From Octopus vulgaris (Eukaryota): 64,000 bases of DNA. Positions 11,593 through 24,869 of the stretch are shown here, one piece after another. Position 1 is the stretch's first letter, and every line of letters starts with the position of its first letter. The stretch is taken from contig OX597827.1 of NCBI GenBank assembly GCA_951406725.2, positions 15,314,001 to 15,378,000 on the forward strand, in the 5' to 3' direction. The notes under the pieces were generated by a model that saw only the letters and a program-made list of their open reading frames with translations, was not told the DNA's origin and did not search any database. The position numbers and the translations under genes were made by a program.

Positions 11593-11981
11593 TATGTTAG
11601 TAGTATGTGTCTGTCTTTTAGAACACTAACTTATTCATTATACCACAATTTAGTATTAGAAGAGATAAGAGCAATCTGAGCATTGGAACAGACAAAGAGA
11701 AGCCAAGCGAAAGAGAGAATGAATCATGTAAGTAGATTAACATTTTTGTCTAATTCAGATAAAAGTAATTGTATTTTGCTTGATGCTATTCAGTGATCTT
11801 CATATTTTCTTGCAGATGTTACAATACAGCATCTTTTTTGTTTCTTTTTTTTTTTTTTGCCATCTCAGCTATTAAGATCCTCGTTTCAAAGTAAAGTTGG
11901 TTTGTTCAAAGAAAATTTCATCGGTGAAAATATCTGTCTTTATGTTCGTGACATTATTCAAGCTATACAGCTGCTCTCATA

Positions 11982-12219
11982 GTCGTTGTCGTTGCCATCA
12001 TCGTCGTCATCGTCGTCGTCGTCATCGTCATCGTCATCATCATCATCATCGTCATCCTTGTCATCATCGTCGTCGTCATCATCGTCATCATCGTCATCAT
12101 CATCATCGTCGTCGTCGTCATCATCGTCATCATCGTCGTCATCATCATCATCATCATCGTCGTCGTCATCGTCATCATCGTCATCATCGTCATCATCGTC
12201 ATCATCGTCATCATCATCA

Positions 12220-12252
<33 letters not shown>

Positions 12253-12375
12253 TCATCATCATCATCATCATCATCGTCGTCATCCTCGTCATCATCGTCG
12301 TTGTTGTTGTCATCATCATCATCATCATCATCATCATCGTCGTCATCCTCGTCATTATCGTCATCGTCGTTGTCG

Positions 12376-12414
<39 letters not shown>

Positions 12415-12480
12415 CCGTCATCATCGTCGTCATCCTATTCATCATCATCATCATCATTACCATCATCATCGTCATCATTC
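11982..12480. repeat. Mixed (TCA/TCG)n trinucleotide microsatellite, about 500 bp
   Basis: Directly visible; causes the poly-His/Ser/Met ORFs. Confidence 0.97.
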
Positions 12481-12872
12481 TCATTTAACATCTATTTCCC
12501 TATATTTGCATGAATCAAACAGAATTTGTTGGGGTAGATTTTTCCATGGCCAGAGATACCCTACCTGTCACCAACGCCTCACCTGTTTCCAAACAAATGT
12601 TTTCCCGTGGCCAGACATGTTCTTCACAGCAGATTGAAAGTAAACAACCTTGTTTGTACTTTTTAACTTTTACTTGTTTCAGTTATTAGATTGCAGCCAT
12701 GCTGGGGCACCACCTGGAAGAATTCTTAATTGAATGTATCAACCCCAGTACTTATTTTTTAAAGATTGGTGCTTATTCTATCGGCCTCTTTTGCCAGATA
12801 CACCAGCATCGGTTGTTAACAGGTGACGGGGGACAAACACAGAAACAAAGACACACACATAGATATATATAT

Positions 12873-12943
<71 letters not shown>

Positions 12944-12952
12944 CACACACAC

Positions 12953-13108
12953 AGAGATCATTAGCCACTACACACATCTTTTTCTCTCCTTGTTTTTTCT
13001 GTGTCCCTTTCTGTAGAAGAGCATAGGCTCAAAACGTAAAAGACTTTTTCTATTCCTGAGTGTTATACTAATACATCTTTGTCTTTGTTTTTTTTCATAA
13101 ACTCTCCC
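12953..13108 (+). mobile_element. Short microsatellite-embedded element with a degenerate minimal hammerhead motif
   Basis: CTTT-CTGTAGA-A-GAGC-ATAG-GCTC-AAAA-CGTA-AAAG at 13007-13042; related to 31312-31480. Confidence 0.5.
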
Positions 13109-13145
13109 TATATATATATACATACATACATATATATAAATATAC

Positions 13146-13196
<51 letters not shown>

Positions 13197-13198
<2 letters not shown>

Positions 13199-13879
13199 TA
13201 AATTTTAGGGTAGCCAAAAATTCTAGAAAAATTCTCCGCTACCAGCGGTCAAGTGAGAAAGAAAAAATAGTCAATAGACTATATAATATACATTCAAACA
13301 TATAAGGGATGGCCATAATAGGACATCCGACTCACTAGAAAGAGCAACCAAACTCCAAACTACTAATGGTTGTAATTCTGAAATGGAAAGAGAAATAAAA
13401 ACGTTTACCCTCTCCTTTCTGGACTATGCATAGTTTCGGCAATCTTTTGTAAATAAATTAATTAATCTTTTGTAAATAAATTAATAAAATAAATTATTAA
13501 TTAAGGATTTTTTGGCTAATTTTGAAATTAAATCGACAGTTTATATTTACTGCTGAGTAAACCGCGCGAGTGTGGTGGATTTTGAAAATTTATAGCAGAT
13601 AGACTCGAGGCATGTTTATCATCACCTCGTTTATCATCGCATGTTTATCATCACCTATATGGTAGTCCTTGGCTTTTCTGCTGACGAAGCAATGCCAGTG
13701 GTAAATAAATTAATTTATTTACAAAAGATTGCCGAAACTATGCATAGTCCAGAAAGGAGAGGGTAAACGTTTTCATTTCTCTTTCCATTTCAGAATTACA
13801 ACTATTAGTGGTTTGGAGTTTGGCTGCTCTTTCTAGTGAGTCGGATGTCCTATTATGGCCATCCCTTATATGTTTGAAT
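13197..13879. mobile_element. (TA)n-embedded fold-back element (Penelope-like terminus) with inverted arms of about 170 bp
   Basis: 13292-13460 is the reverse complement of 13710-13879; (TA)n on both sides; contains a hammerhead. Confidence 0.75.
13673..13757 (+). ncRNA. Type I hammerhead ribozyme motif
   Basis: Stem I CTTTTCTG/CAGAAAGG; core CTGACGA 13681-13687; long stem II; GAAA 13734-13737; palindromic stem III ACTATGCATAGT; GTC triplet 13747-13749. Confidence 0.75.
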
Positions 13880-15444
13880 ATATATATATATATATATATA
13901 TATGACGGGCTGTTTTCAGTTTCTATCTACCAAATCCACTTACAAAGCTTTGGTTGGCCTGAAACTATAGCAAAAGACATTTGCCCAAGATGCCACGCAG
14001 TGGGGCTGAACTCAGAACCGTGTGGTTGGGAAGCAAGCTTCTTACCACACAGTCATACTTGACAATGATGATCAGATACAATCATCATGGAATGTATGGA
14101 CAAGAGTACATTTGACAGATAGACACAAGCACACACACACATACACACACACACACACATGCACACACACATATGTGTATGTACAAGTTACTTGGTGAGC
14201 TCACTGGTACCACACAAAGGCGGCGAGCTGGCAGAATCGTTAGCACGCCGGGTGAAATGCTTAGCAGTATTTCGTCAGCTGTTATGTTCTGAGTTCAAAT
14301 TCCGCCAAAGTCGACTTTGCCTTTCATCCTTTCGGGGTCGATAAATTAAATACCAGTTACGCACTGGGGTCGATATAATCGACTTGATCCGTTTGTCTGT
14401 CCTTGTTTGTCCTCTCTATGTTTAGCCCCTTGTGGGTAGTAAAGAAATAGGTGCCACACAAAGTAAGAACCCATTACAAACTGAAAACAGTTGGTATTAG
14501 GAAGGACAGTCGATATTGGTGCCTGACACAGTCTTACAGCACAATGGATTCTATCAAACAGTCCAACCCATGCCAGCATGGAAAAAATAGATGTTAAATT
14601 CTGAGAATGGGGATGATACAGCAGGCTTCTTTCAGTTTCCATCCAACAAATCCACTCACAAGTCCTTTTCTTTAATTTCAATCATAGCAAACTGGTAGGG
14701 TCATGAGAGTATCCGATGAAATATCTTGCAATGTTTGTTCCAGTTTTCCATGCTCTTGAGTCCACCACGGAATTTTAAATTGAGAATGTTCCACTAATAA
14801 TCAATTATTTGGGGAAAATAAGGAAGTAGGCGTAGGAGTGGCTGTATGGTAAGTAGTTTGCTTACCAACCACATGGTTCCGGGTTCAGTCCCACTGCATG
14901 CCACCTTGGGCAAGTGTCTTCTGCTATAACCTCGGGCCGACCAAAGCCTTGTGAGTGGATTTGGTAGACGGAAACTGAAAGAAGCCCGTCGTATATATGT
15001 AGATATATATATACGTGTGTGTCTGTGTTTGTCCCCCACAACATCGCTTGACAACCGATGCTGGTGTATTTACGTCCCCGTACTTAGCGGTTCGTTAAAA
15101 GTGACCGATAGAATAAGTACTAGGTTTACAAAGAATAAGTCCTTGGGTCGAGTTGCTTGACTAAAGGCGGTGCTCCAGTATGGCCACAGTCAAATGACTG
15201 AAACAAATAAAAGAGTAAAAGAATAAAGTATTCTAAATTTTAGGACAGATAATTTTTGAAACTTGTTCAAAACATTACAGCACTTTTAATGAAGTTGTTG
15301 ACATCATATTTGATCACTATCAATGAAACAATAAATGCAGCTGACCAGCTTTATCACTTCTGGACAAGCAATACAATTGTTTTCATTCAGAGAGTAAGCT
15401 GTAGAAAAAAAAAAAAGATTTGATCTGACAGAAGAAGACTGACA

Positions 15445-16050
15445 AGCTGGCAGAAACGTTAGCATGCCGGGCGAAACGCTTAGCGGTATTTCATCTGATG
15501 CTACGTTCTGAGTTCAAATTCCGCTGAGGTCGACTTTGCCTTTCATCTTTTCAGGGTCGATAAATTAAGTACTAGTTGCATACTGGAGTCGATCTTATCG
15601 ACTGGCCCTCTCCCCAAAAATTTTGTGCCTTGTGCCTAGAGTAGGCAGGAATCGTTAGCACGCCGGGCAAAACACTTAGCGGTATTTCGTCTGTCACTAC
15701 GTTCTGAGTTCAAATTCTGCCGAGGTCGACTTTGCCTTTCATCCTTTCGGGGTCAACAAAATTAAGTACCAGTTATGCACTGGAGTCGATGTAATCGACT
15801 TAAATCTGCTTGTCTGCCCTTGTTTGTCCCCTCTGTGTTTAGCCCCTTGTGGGCAATAAAGAAATAGGCATTTCGTCTGCCATTACGTTCCAAGTTCAAA
15901 TTCTGCCGAGGTCAACTTTGCCTTTCGTCCTTTCGGGGTCAACAAAATTAAGTACCAGTTACGCACTGGAGTCGATGTAATCGACTTAATCCCTTTGTCT
16001 GTCTTTGTTTGTCCCCTCTGTGTTTAGCCCCTTGTATGCAATAAAAAAAT
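15445..16050 (+). mobile_element. SINE family B tandem array (3-4 units)
   Basis: Repeated gttcaaatt...gtcgactttgcctttc units; similar arrays at 17655-18258 (-), 37480-38770 (-), 42503-42990 (+) and 62330-62830 (-). Confidence 0.8.
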
Positions 16051-16419
16051 AAAAAGACTGACTGTAGTTTTGAAATCAACATGCCAGTTTTAGCCTAAAT
16101 CAAGTGAAAAAGCAAACGCAACAGAAATTATGTTTAAAATTGTTCCCCTGTGTTATAAGTTCACAACGCAAAGACATAGGCATAATTGTATGGTTAAGAA
16201 TTCTGCTTCTCAACCACATGGTTTCATTCTCAGACCTACAGTCATGCAGACAGGCAAGTTTTATCTTGTGTAGCCTAGGGCCACATGGCAGAAATTTATG
16301 TATGTATGTTTCCCTGTTTTTATTTTTTTAATTTCCTACCAATGGAGAAAGAGTTATTTCTAACCAAGAAACAGGAATCCTTCATAGGAATTTAGATATC
16401 ATGAAATCTTGTTTGCTTG

Positions 16420-16528
16420 TTTGTATGTATGTATGTATGTATGTATGTATGTATGTACGTATGTATGTATGTATGTAGGTATGCATGTATACATGTATGT
16501 ATGTATGTACGTACGTACATATGTATGC

Positions 16529-16561
<33 letters not shown>

Positions 16562-16894
16562 TGTATGTATGTATGTATGTATGAATGTATGTACGTATGT
16601 ATGCATGTATGTACGTATGTATGCATATATGTATGTATGTATGTATGTATGCATGTATGTATGTATGTATGCATGCATGCATGTATGTATGTATGTATGT
16701 ACGTATGTATGCATGTATGGATGTATATATGTATGTATGTGTGTATGTATGTATGTATGTATGTATGTATGTATGTATGTAGGCATGCATGTATGTATGT
16801 ATGTATTTATGTATGTATGTATGTATGTATGTATGTATGTATGTATGTATGTATGTATGCATGCATGTATGCATGTATGTATGTACGTACGTAC

Positions 16895-16925
<31 letters not shown>

Positions 16926-17280
16926 TGTATGCATGTATGTACGTATGTATGCATGTATGTATATATGTATGTATGTATGTATGTACGTATGTACGTACGT
17001 ATGTATGTATGTATGTACGTATGTATGTATGCATGTATGTATGCATGTATGTATGTATGTATGTATGTATGTATGTACGTACGTACGTACGTATGTATGT
17101 ACGTATGTATGTATGTACGTATGTATGCATGTATGTATGTATGTATGTATGTATGTATTCATGCTTAAGTGCATGCATGCAAGTATCTATGCATGTATGT
17201 ATGTATGTGTGTATGTGTGCATGTATGTATGTAGGTTTGTAGGTATGTATGTGTACATGTATGCATATACATATGTGTAT
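16420..17280. repeat. (TATG)n microsatellite with TACG/TGCA variants
   Basis: Directly visible. Confidence 0.97.
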
Positions 17281-19589
17281 GTGCAGTTGGGTACAGGCAT
17301 GAATGCTATTGCATACATAGCTCTTATCACTTGACGGAGGTGTGTGGCTCAGTGATTAGTGTGCTGGACTCACGATTGTGAGATTGTGGTTTCGATTCCT
17401 GGACTGGGCAATACATTGTGTTCTTGAGCAAAACACTTTATTTCACGTTGCTCCAGTCAACTCAGCTAGTAAAAGTGAGTAATCCTGTGATGGTCTGGCG
17501 TCCCATCCAGGTGGGGAATTTATGCGCTATGGAAACTGGAAAACCAACCCTTATGAGTCGGCATGGCCCAAGAAGGTAACTTTACTTTAGTTTAATGGAG
17601 ATCTTTCCTTTCTTATTATTTGCTAAACATTTTTTGACAGTACCTTTGATAGTTTCTTATTTCTTTACTACCCACAAGGGGCTACACACAGAGGGGACAA
17701 ACAAGGCCAGACAAACAGATTGAGTCGATTATATCGACTCCAGTGCATAACTGGTACTTAATTTATCGACCTCGAAAAGATGAAAGGCAAAGTCGACCTC
17801 GGTGGAATTTGAACTCAGAATGTAGCGGCAGACGAAATACCTATTTCTTTACTACCCACATGGGGCTAAATGCAGAGAGGACAAACAAGGGCAGACAAAT
17901 GGATTAAGTCGATTATATCGACCCCAGTGCATAACTGGTACTTATTTAATCTACCCCGAAAGGATGAAAGGCAAAGTCGACCTCGGTGGAATTTGAACTC
18001 AGAATGTAGCGGCAGACGAAATACCTATTTCTTTACTACCCACATGGGGCTAAACGCAGAGAGGACAAACAAGGGCAGACAAATGGATTAAGTCGATTAT
18101 ATCGACCCCAGTGCATAACTAGTACTTATTTAATCAACCCCGAAAGGATGAAAGACAAAGTCGACCTCGGTGGAATTTGAACTCAGAACGTAACAGCAGA
18201 CGAAATACCGCTAAGCATTTCGCTCGGCACACTAACGTTTCTGCCAGCTTGCTGCCTTTGATAGTTTCTATCTGTAATCTTCTGGTTAAGTGTTTTCTTC
18301 TTGGTTTTGTCTAACCCCAGCTTCTCAAGATTAGGAACGAAGCAGTCAGTTAGTTATGTTACCAAGTCCTCCTACAATTATTGATAGCAATCTAAATTTA
18401 TAGTCTAATTAGAGTAACTGTAGATGCTCATTAGTTTGACATAGATGTTCTCTTTCTCACTAACCTTTAACATTATGTTGACACATACTGAACAACAGGA
18501 GTGGCTGTGTGGTAAGTAGCTTGCTAACCAACCACATGGTTCCGGGTTCAGTCCCACTGCGTGGCATCTTGGGCAAGTGTCTTCTGCTATAGCCCCGGGC
18601 CGACCAATGCCTTGTGAGTGGATTTGGTAGACGGAAACTGAAAGAAGCCTGTCGTATATATGTATATATATATATATGTGTGTGTTTGTGTGTGTGTGTT
18701 TGTCCCCCTAGCATTGCCTGACAACCGATGCTGGTGTGTTTACGTCCCCGTCACTTAGCGGTTCGGCAAAACAGACCGATAGAATAAGTACTGGGCTTAC
18801 AAAGGATAAGTCCCGGGGTCGATTTGATTGACTAAAGGCGGTGCTCCAGCATGGCTGCAGTCAAATGACTGAAACAAGTAAAAGAATAAAAGAGTAACTG
18901 ATTTCAACTACTATGCATAGTTTCTTTTCTCTGTCCCCACTCAATATATCTAATCTATTATGCTTGAATCTATTGCAATCTTGATAGGGTTATTTCACTA
19001 GTATTCTTTCATATTCTTTGTGGTTGTATTCTCCCATATCACAGCAGCTTCTTATATTTGTCCCCTTAAGTTTATCTTCTTTATGGATTTCATTTTTCAA
19101 TGTTCGAGCCATGACATTATATCTCATAAGTAGGTAATACTCATTATCATCATCGTCGTCGTTTAACGTCCACTTTCCATGCTAGCATGGGTTGGACGAA
19201 TGACTGAAGGCTGGCGAACCAGATGGCTGCACCAAGCTCCAGTCTTGATTTGGCAGAGTTTCTACAGCTGGATGCCCTTCCTAACGCCAACCACTCCGAG
19301 AGTGTAGTGGGTGCTTTTTATGTGCCACCGCCACGGGCGCCAGTCAGGCAGTATTGGCAACGACCTCGCTCGAATTTAATACTGTAGTTACATTTTCAGA
19401 CAGCTATTTATGATTTCAATAACATCTTCCACATTAATTACACAAATCCTGGTTGTTGCATTGAAGTGATTGACTCACATTATGTAATTTGTGGTCATTT
19501 TCTGCCCCTGTATTGGAAAAGTATATCCTTCAAAGTGAATTCTAATGTCCTTCTTGTTAATCTAGGATAAACTAATCTGATTGTCAAGA

Positions 19590-19858
19590 GTTACTGAAGC
19601 ATGGGACAGACATCCGGCTTCAGTTGTTAGTTGTCGAAGCACTGCATCCTTCAAAACTTCCATGCTTCCTGAGATTCGCCAATACTACACCTGATTTTCT
19701 CCCCTCCATACACACACAAGCATGTATCTGACTCATACATTGTTCACTCTCCAGACATTTGTACATTACTGCATATACTTTATATGCACTGTTTGACAAG
19801 TTGTGGTGCACCTCAGCACTGTATACAATAATTTCATTATTATTATTAATATTATTAT
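19590..19858 (+). mobile_element. CR1-like LINE 3' end with an (ATT)n tail
   Basis: Shares its 3' UTR with 21195-21606; ends gcactgtatacaataatttc(att)n. Confidence 0.7.
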
Positions 19859-20415
19859 TGCAGACAATTTGAAGCCTTCTGGATGAACTTTGAATCTATG
19901 GATGAATTTAAATGAATGTAGCTTCTGTTTTGATGCCCTGCTGTTGTAGAATTATGCAACCTCTCTAGGTGTATAACCTTGGTTGTCAGTTAAGGAATAC
20001 TTTCTGATTCCCAACTGCCATGATATTATTGGCCTCACATAAGCTCACAGCTATGGCAAGACTGTACAAGACATTTAATGGTTAGTAGATGTTGTTGAGG
20101 GGATATGATGTAACATTCATTCAAAGGTTGTTTAGTTTGATGTTAAACTGCTGCTACTTTCTTTTCATTTTAAATAGGCGTAGGAATGGCTGTGTGGTGA
20201 GTAGCTTGCTTACCAACCACATGGTTCCAGGTTCAGTCCCACTGCATGGCACCTTGGGCAAGTGTCTTTTACTATAGCCTCGGGTCGACCAAAGCCTTGT
20301 GAGTGGATTTGGTAGACAGAAAGTGAAAGAAGCCCGTCGTATATATGTGTGTGTGCGTGTTTGTATGTCTGTGTTTGTCCCCCCAACATCACTTGACAAC
20401 CGATGCTGGTGTGTA

Positions 20416-20600
20416 ATGCTCACGGAAAAATTTTTTCATGCTCAGAGTTGCTGAAGCATGGAATAAACTGCCTGCGTCAGTTGTTGACTGCCATGACACT
20501 GCATCCTTTAAGGCCCTCATGCTTTCCGAAATCCGCCGAAACTACACCTGATTATATATACACTTTAGATGAGTTGTAGTGCACCTGAGCACTGTACACA

Positions 20601-20662
<62 letters not shown>
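20416..20662 (+). mobile_element. CR1-like LINE 3' end (second subfamily), truncating a family A SINE
   Basis: RKNFF.LRVAEAWNKLPASVV-like coding end; gttgtagtgcacctgagcactgta then (ATT)n. Confidence 0.7.
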
Positions 20663-20663
<1 letters not shown>

Positions 20664-20689
20664 TAAAGCTACTATCTCTACTGGCAATA

Positions 20690-21150
20690 AAGAATTCTTT
20701 CTTTGAGTGAAGGATAGATTTCATAATGCTTGTATACAAAGTACAAGTATTATGTACCTGGGTGCAGAATACAGAGAATGTGTGAAGGCTGGAAAGAAAT
20801 GATACAAGCCTGTTTTGCTGAAGGTGTAATGTCAATAGGAGTTAACAACAAAGTACAGGTGAGTTGAGGGAAAAACTGAATATAAAGTGTATCAAATGCA
20901 ATGTACAAGGGAGAAGATTGCATTAGTATGGACATGTGATGTGTAGGGATGAAGAATTTACATGTCAGGTAAAGAATTCGAGTGGAAAGGAGATGTTGAA
21001 GAGGAAGCCCATGGGAAGAAGTAGTCAAAGTTGATCACAGGATGCTGAATTTCACAAGGGAGAAGACAAAGGAATGCAACAAATGACAGGACAGAGAACT
21101 GGAAAGAACCCATTCAACCCATGCAAGCATGTGAAAATGATGATGATGGT
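20690..21150 (+). mobile_element. Old RTE-like LINE 3' fragment
   Basis: Degenerate purine-rich coding-like stretch ending ttcaacccatgcaagcatgtgaaaatgatgatgatg, matching the (GAT)n-tailed retroposon end. Confidence 0.5.
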
Positions 21151-21194
21151 AATTGATAATTTAAATAAATATGAAGTAAAAGTGATCTGCTTTC

Positions 21195-21606
21195 TCACTG
21201 GTCCTTATTCAAGCCAACAAATGGGCCCCTGTTGACATTAATCTTGCTAGGATTATCAACCATCTTACAAACAATAACTCTGAGCACCTTTTCAAACTCC
21301 ACCTGTCTAACACCCGTGGACATATTTACAAAGTCAGAAAACAGCACAGCTCCCATGACTTCAGGAAACATTTTTTCGGCATCAGTTGTTAGTTGTCGGA
21401 GCACTGCATCCTTCAAAACTTCCATGCTTCCTGAGAGTCGCCAACACTACACCTGATTTTCTCCCCGCCATACACACACAGGCATGTATCTGACTCATAC
21501 ATTGTTCGCTTTCCAGACATTTGTACATTACTGCATATGCTTTATATGCACTTTTGACAAGTTGTGGTGCACCTGAGCACTGTATACAATAATTTCATTA
21601 TTATTA
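21195..21606 (+). mobile_element. CR1-like LINE 3' end
   Basis: Encodes NTRGHIYKVRKQHSSHDFRKHFF, typical of the CR1 ORF2 C-terminus; (ATT)n tail. Confidence 0.8.
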
Positions 21607-22164
21607 TATTATGTGATCAAGCTCTCTGCCATTAGCACAAAACTCCACCATTTTACATAACTTACATGGGAGACTCAACATGGTTGCTTGGATTGTTAGA
21701 ACTAGCTACTAAATTCCCCCTTGATGCACCAGATGTAGTTCTACATATACTTAAAAAGACAGGTGGTCATGTCTGGAATGGTTTTGTTTATAAGTCTTCT
21801 TCATCAGGGCCGATCTACCACAGCAAAATGAGACACTGCAAGGGGGTAGCAATCAGGTAGATTTATTTTTCTTTTGAATATAAATATTATTGAGAGCTTC
21901 ACAGTGGCAATAAAATTTGATCCACCTCCCTTTCTCTCTCTCTCATTCTTTCTGAATATACTGTACACATTATATTGTAGTAGATTTACTATGGCAAAAA
22001 GAATCACAGTTCTGTATACCACAGCCGGCTGGTGGGTAAACATCTTTTTTATTTCAAAGAAAAATATTACCGGATACTTCACTGCACCTCTGAACCAGAA
22101 GCTCACCATGGATAAATCTGTGTGTGTGTATGTATATATATATAGATATATATATATATATATG

Positions 22165-22298
22165 TACTTTATTTAAAGCAGTAGAAAATTCAACAAAATC
22201 TGTTGAATTTTCTGCTGCTTTAAATAAAGCATATTACTCTACCACTGGTATTTGAGTACTCTTTTTTCCACCTTGTTTCACAGTTATGTGTTTACTCC

Positions 22299-22300
<2 letters not shown>
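22165..22300 (+). mobile_element. Short (TA)n-embedded element with a 5' fold-back
   Basis: ctttatttaaagcagtagaaaattcaaca / tgttgaattttctgctgctttaaataaag hairpin; second copy at 50863-50964. Confidence 0.55.
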
Positions 22301-22335
<35 letters not shown>

Positions 22336-22339
<4 letters not shown>

Positions 22340-22552
22340 AAGAAAAAAGCAACAAGAATGGATTAGTTTTTCAGTACAATTGTTTCATACGAAGAATTGT
22401 ACTGAAAAACTAATCCATTCTTGTTGCTTTTTTCTTGTTTATAATCACCCCACATTATTGTATGGTTAATACCATATAGATTTCTGGTGCATCTAAGTTA
22501 AGTACCGCATTCATGTGAATTCACTGGAACTCACTTGAATCTTAATTGCTTT

Positions 22553-22556
<4 letters not shown>
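22336..22556. mobile_element. (TA)n-embedded fold-back element, same family as 654-943, opposite orientation
   Basis: Inverted arms aaacaagaaaaaagcaacaagaatggattagtttttcagtacaatt; shared long arm ending cttaattgctt. Confidence 0.65.
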
Positions 22557-22610
<54 letters not shown>

Positions 22611-23199
22611 TGCCAATACATTTACACATGTGTAAAAAGGAATCAGACCATAAGCTAGGAAAACATAAAACTAGATAGCTAGGTAGTTAGGTAGGTATGT
22701 TGCCTGGTATATAAGCAGGTGGGCTAATATAAAATTCAAATGAATAGATGGATGAGTAGATTGACAGTTCCAATTATTACCGCTAAATGTAGATGATAAA
22801 TGCAGTTCTGAGTTTCAGAAAGAAAAGGCATGTGGTACTGGATGTGGAGGGCAAGGAGACTACAAAATTACTGATTAAAATCGGATGAGGCTACAGGTAA
22901 CAGGTAGAATAAGGATGGGTAAGGTAATAAAAATGCGTAGAATGAATTGTAAAGTTTTGCTTTTTTTTTTTATATAGAAAAAGTTAAGGCTGGGAAATAG
23001 AAATAACAGAAACGGGGGAGGGGATAAGAGGAACGGGGAAGGGAGGGTAAATGTGTAGAAGAGTGGGAGATAAGAGGAAGAAAGACAGTGAAAGAGTAGG
23101 AGAGAAAAAAAGCCAGTAGTAGGAGTTAGAAGAAAAAAAGAGTGAAAGTATAAGGAGATGTTACATAGAGGTAGGAGGAGGGTATGACTAGACACATCA

Positions 23200-23620
23200 G
23201 TTTACCGACCTGAGCATTAGTCGACACATGAAGCGAGTAAATATCAATTAATCGCTAACTTCGGATGCGACCTTGCAACCGCAGCGCTGGAAACAGGGTA
23301 GATTAGCAACAAACACAGTTGCACAGTGGGGGAAGAAAATAATACGACGCACAGACAGACTGAAATATTTTTATTTACTACATTTTTTTCTACAAGAACT
23401 AACAATGAAGTCACTCTCGCGACAACGGGTGTGGACCAAGGGAAGTAACTTGCAGTTGCGCGCACTTGCTTTCTGTTTCTCCTCACGGCAAACGTAAATT
23501 CCACGGAACAAAACTGTAAGGTCCGAGGAAATCCGCTGAGGTCTGCTTCAGCCGAAAAAAAAGTTAGTGTAAACAGTCCAGTAATGGAACAATCGGTTTA
23601 CCGTGAGGAAGAAGAAAGAT
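23200..23620 (-). promoter_or_regulatory. Candidate promoter / non-coding first exon of ZF1
   Basis: Abrupt onset of CpG-rich unique sequence; candidate donor CG|GTAAAC at 23205 on the minus strand, followed by a long pyrimidine-rich stretch; TCTCGCGA motif at 23415. Confidence 0.4.
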
Positions 23621-23900
23621 CTAAGATTCCAAACTAGGTCCACCGTCTCTGCGACCTGATTGTATATTCGATTTTCCTGACGCACACCTTAATTAGTTTT
23701 CTTCGGATTCTACCGTTTTGCTCATTAAAAATTTTGCTTCCTGTAAATATAGTTTTAAAATCTAAGATTTCAAACTAGGTCCACCGTCTCTGCGAGCTGT
23801 TTGTATATTCGATTTTCCCGACGCACACCTTAATTAGTTTTCTTCGGATTCTACCGTTTTGCTCATTAAAAATTTTGCTTCCTGTAAATTTAGTTTTAAA
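23620..23900. repeat. 141-bp tandem duplication (2 near-identical copies)
   Basis: tctaagatt(c/t)caaactaggtccaccgtctctgcga... begins at 23620 and 23761. Confidence 0.92.
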
Positions 23901-24869
23901 TGTAAAGATGGTTTTATTTTTTTAAGGCAATTTAAATTACTATCTTTCATTTCGTTATGTCGTTATGTATTTGCCTTATAAAAATACAATTTCAAAGATT
24001 ACGTTGTTTAATTGTAATTATTTACTACGTGCACAGGTGTAGTCGCGTTGTTAGGAAGTTCGCTTCTCAAATACTTGGTCGGCAGTTCGATCCCTCTGGG
24101 CAGTGTCTTGGGGAAAGTGTTTTCTTGCACGAACTTGAGTCGATCAAAATTTTGTTTGTGGAATTTGATAAACGACAGGACTATGCGGATACCTCTCGAG
24201 GTAACATTTTGTTTACAAGTTGACTTCGTTCGTCGTCCTGTTTAACATCCCCACCTTATACTGTAGGTTCCTCTTCATTGCAAGTATTCGGGCTAGGTTT
24301 CCAGTTTTAGACAACTTCCAACAGTTACGGTAGTCATAAAAGAGACCCTAGGTACTACCCTTTCGCCACCAAGCCATACAAATGCATACATATATCCGAT
24401 GCTCTAATATCAATGTGTGGGTGTGTGAGACAAAAAATTCAGAGAGTGTGTGTGCGCGGGTGCATATATACACAGATCTGACATTGTCCAAAGTGTTATT
24501 ATGGATCAACAGAGTTTATTTCTACAGGTAAACTTCTTGAAATTGTGGAGTATTTTCAGCTGAATTGTGGCCATCCGAAAATACTTCTTAAATACTTGAA
24601 AGTACAACTCTGCTGAAGACAAAAACTCATTACTGTTAATAAAAATTTATTCTCAGAAAGAGCAAGGGGGAGAAGTCCCAAAACTTTCTGTCAACCATTT
24701 TAATTTTTGTGGAAATTGTTTTGTGTTTCTTTATGAAGGTTATGATTTGTGGTTGTTTCGATTTAACTGAGTGTTTCGATTTGATTGAACCTCTTCTGCC
24801 ATCTATTCTATCAATATCCAGGCAGTCAATACATGAATCCTATTATTTGAGGAATTATTTATTAAAATT

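Noticed and set aside
11897-12637. Poly-His/Arg, poly-Ser and poly-Met/Thr ORFs
   Set aside because: Translations of the (TCA/TCG)n microsatellite with no unique coding context
16382-17334. Long MYVC/HTYI ORFs (also the YI-rich ORFs at 4131-5698 and 36006-36884)
   Set aside because: Stop-free microsatellite frames
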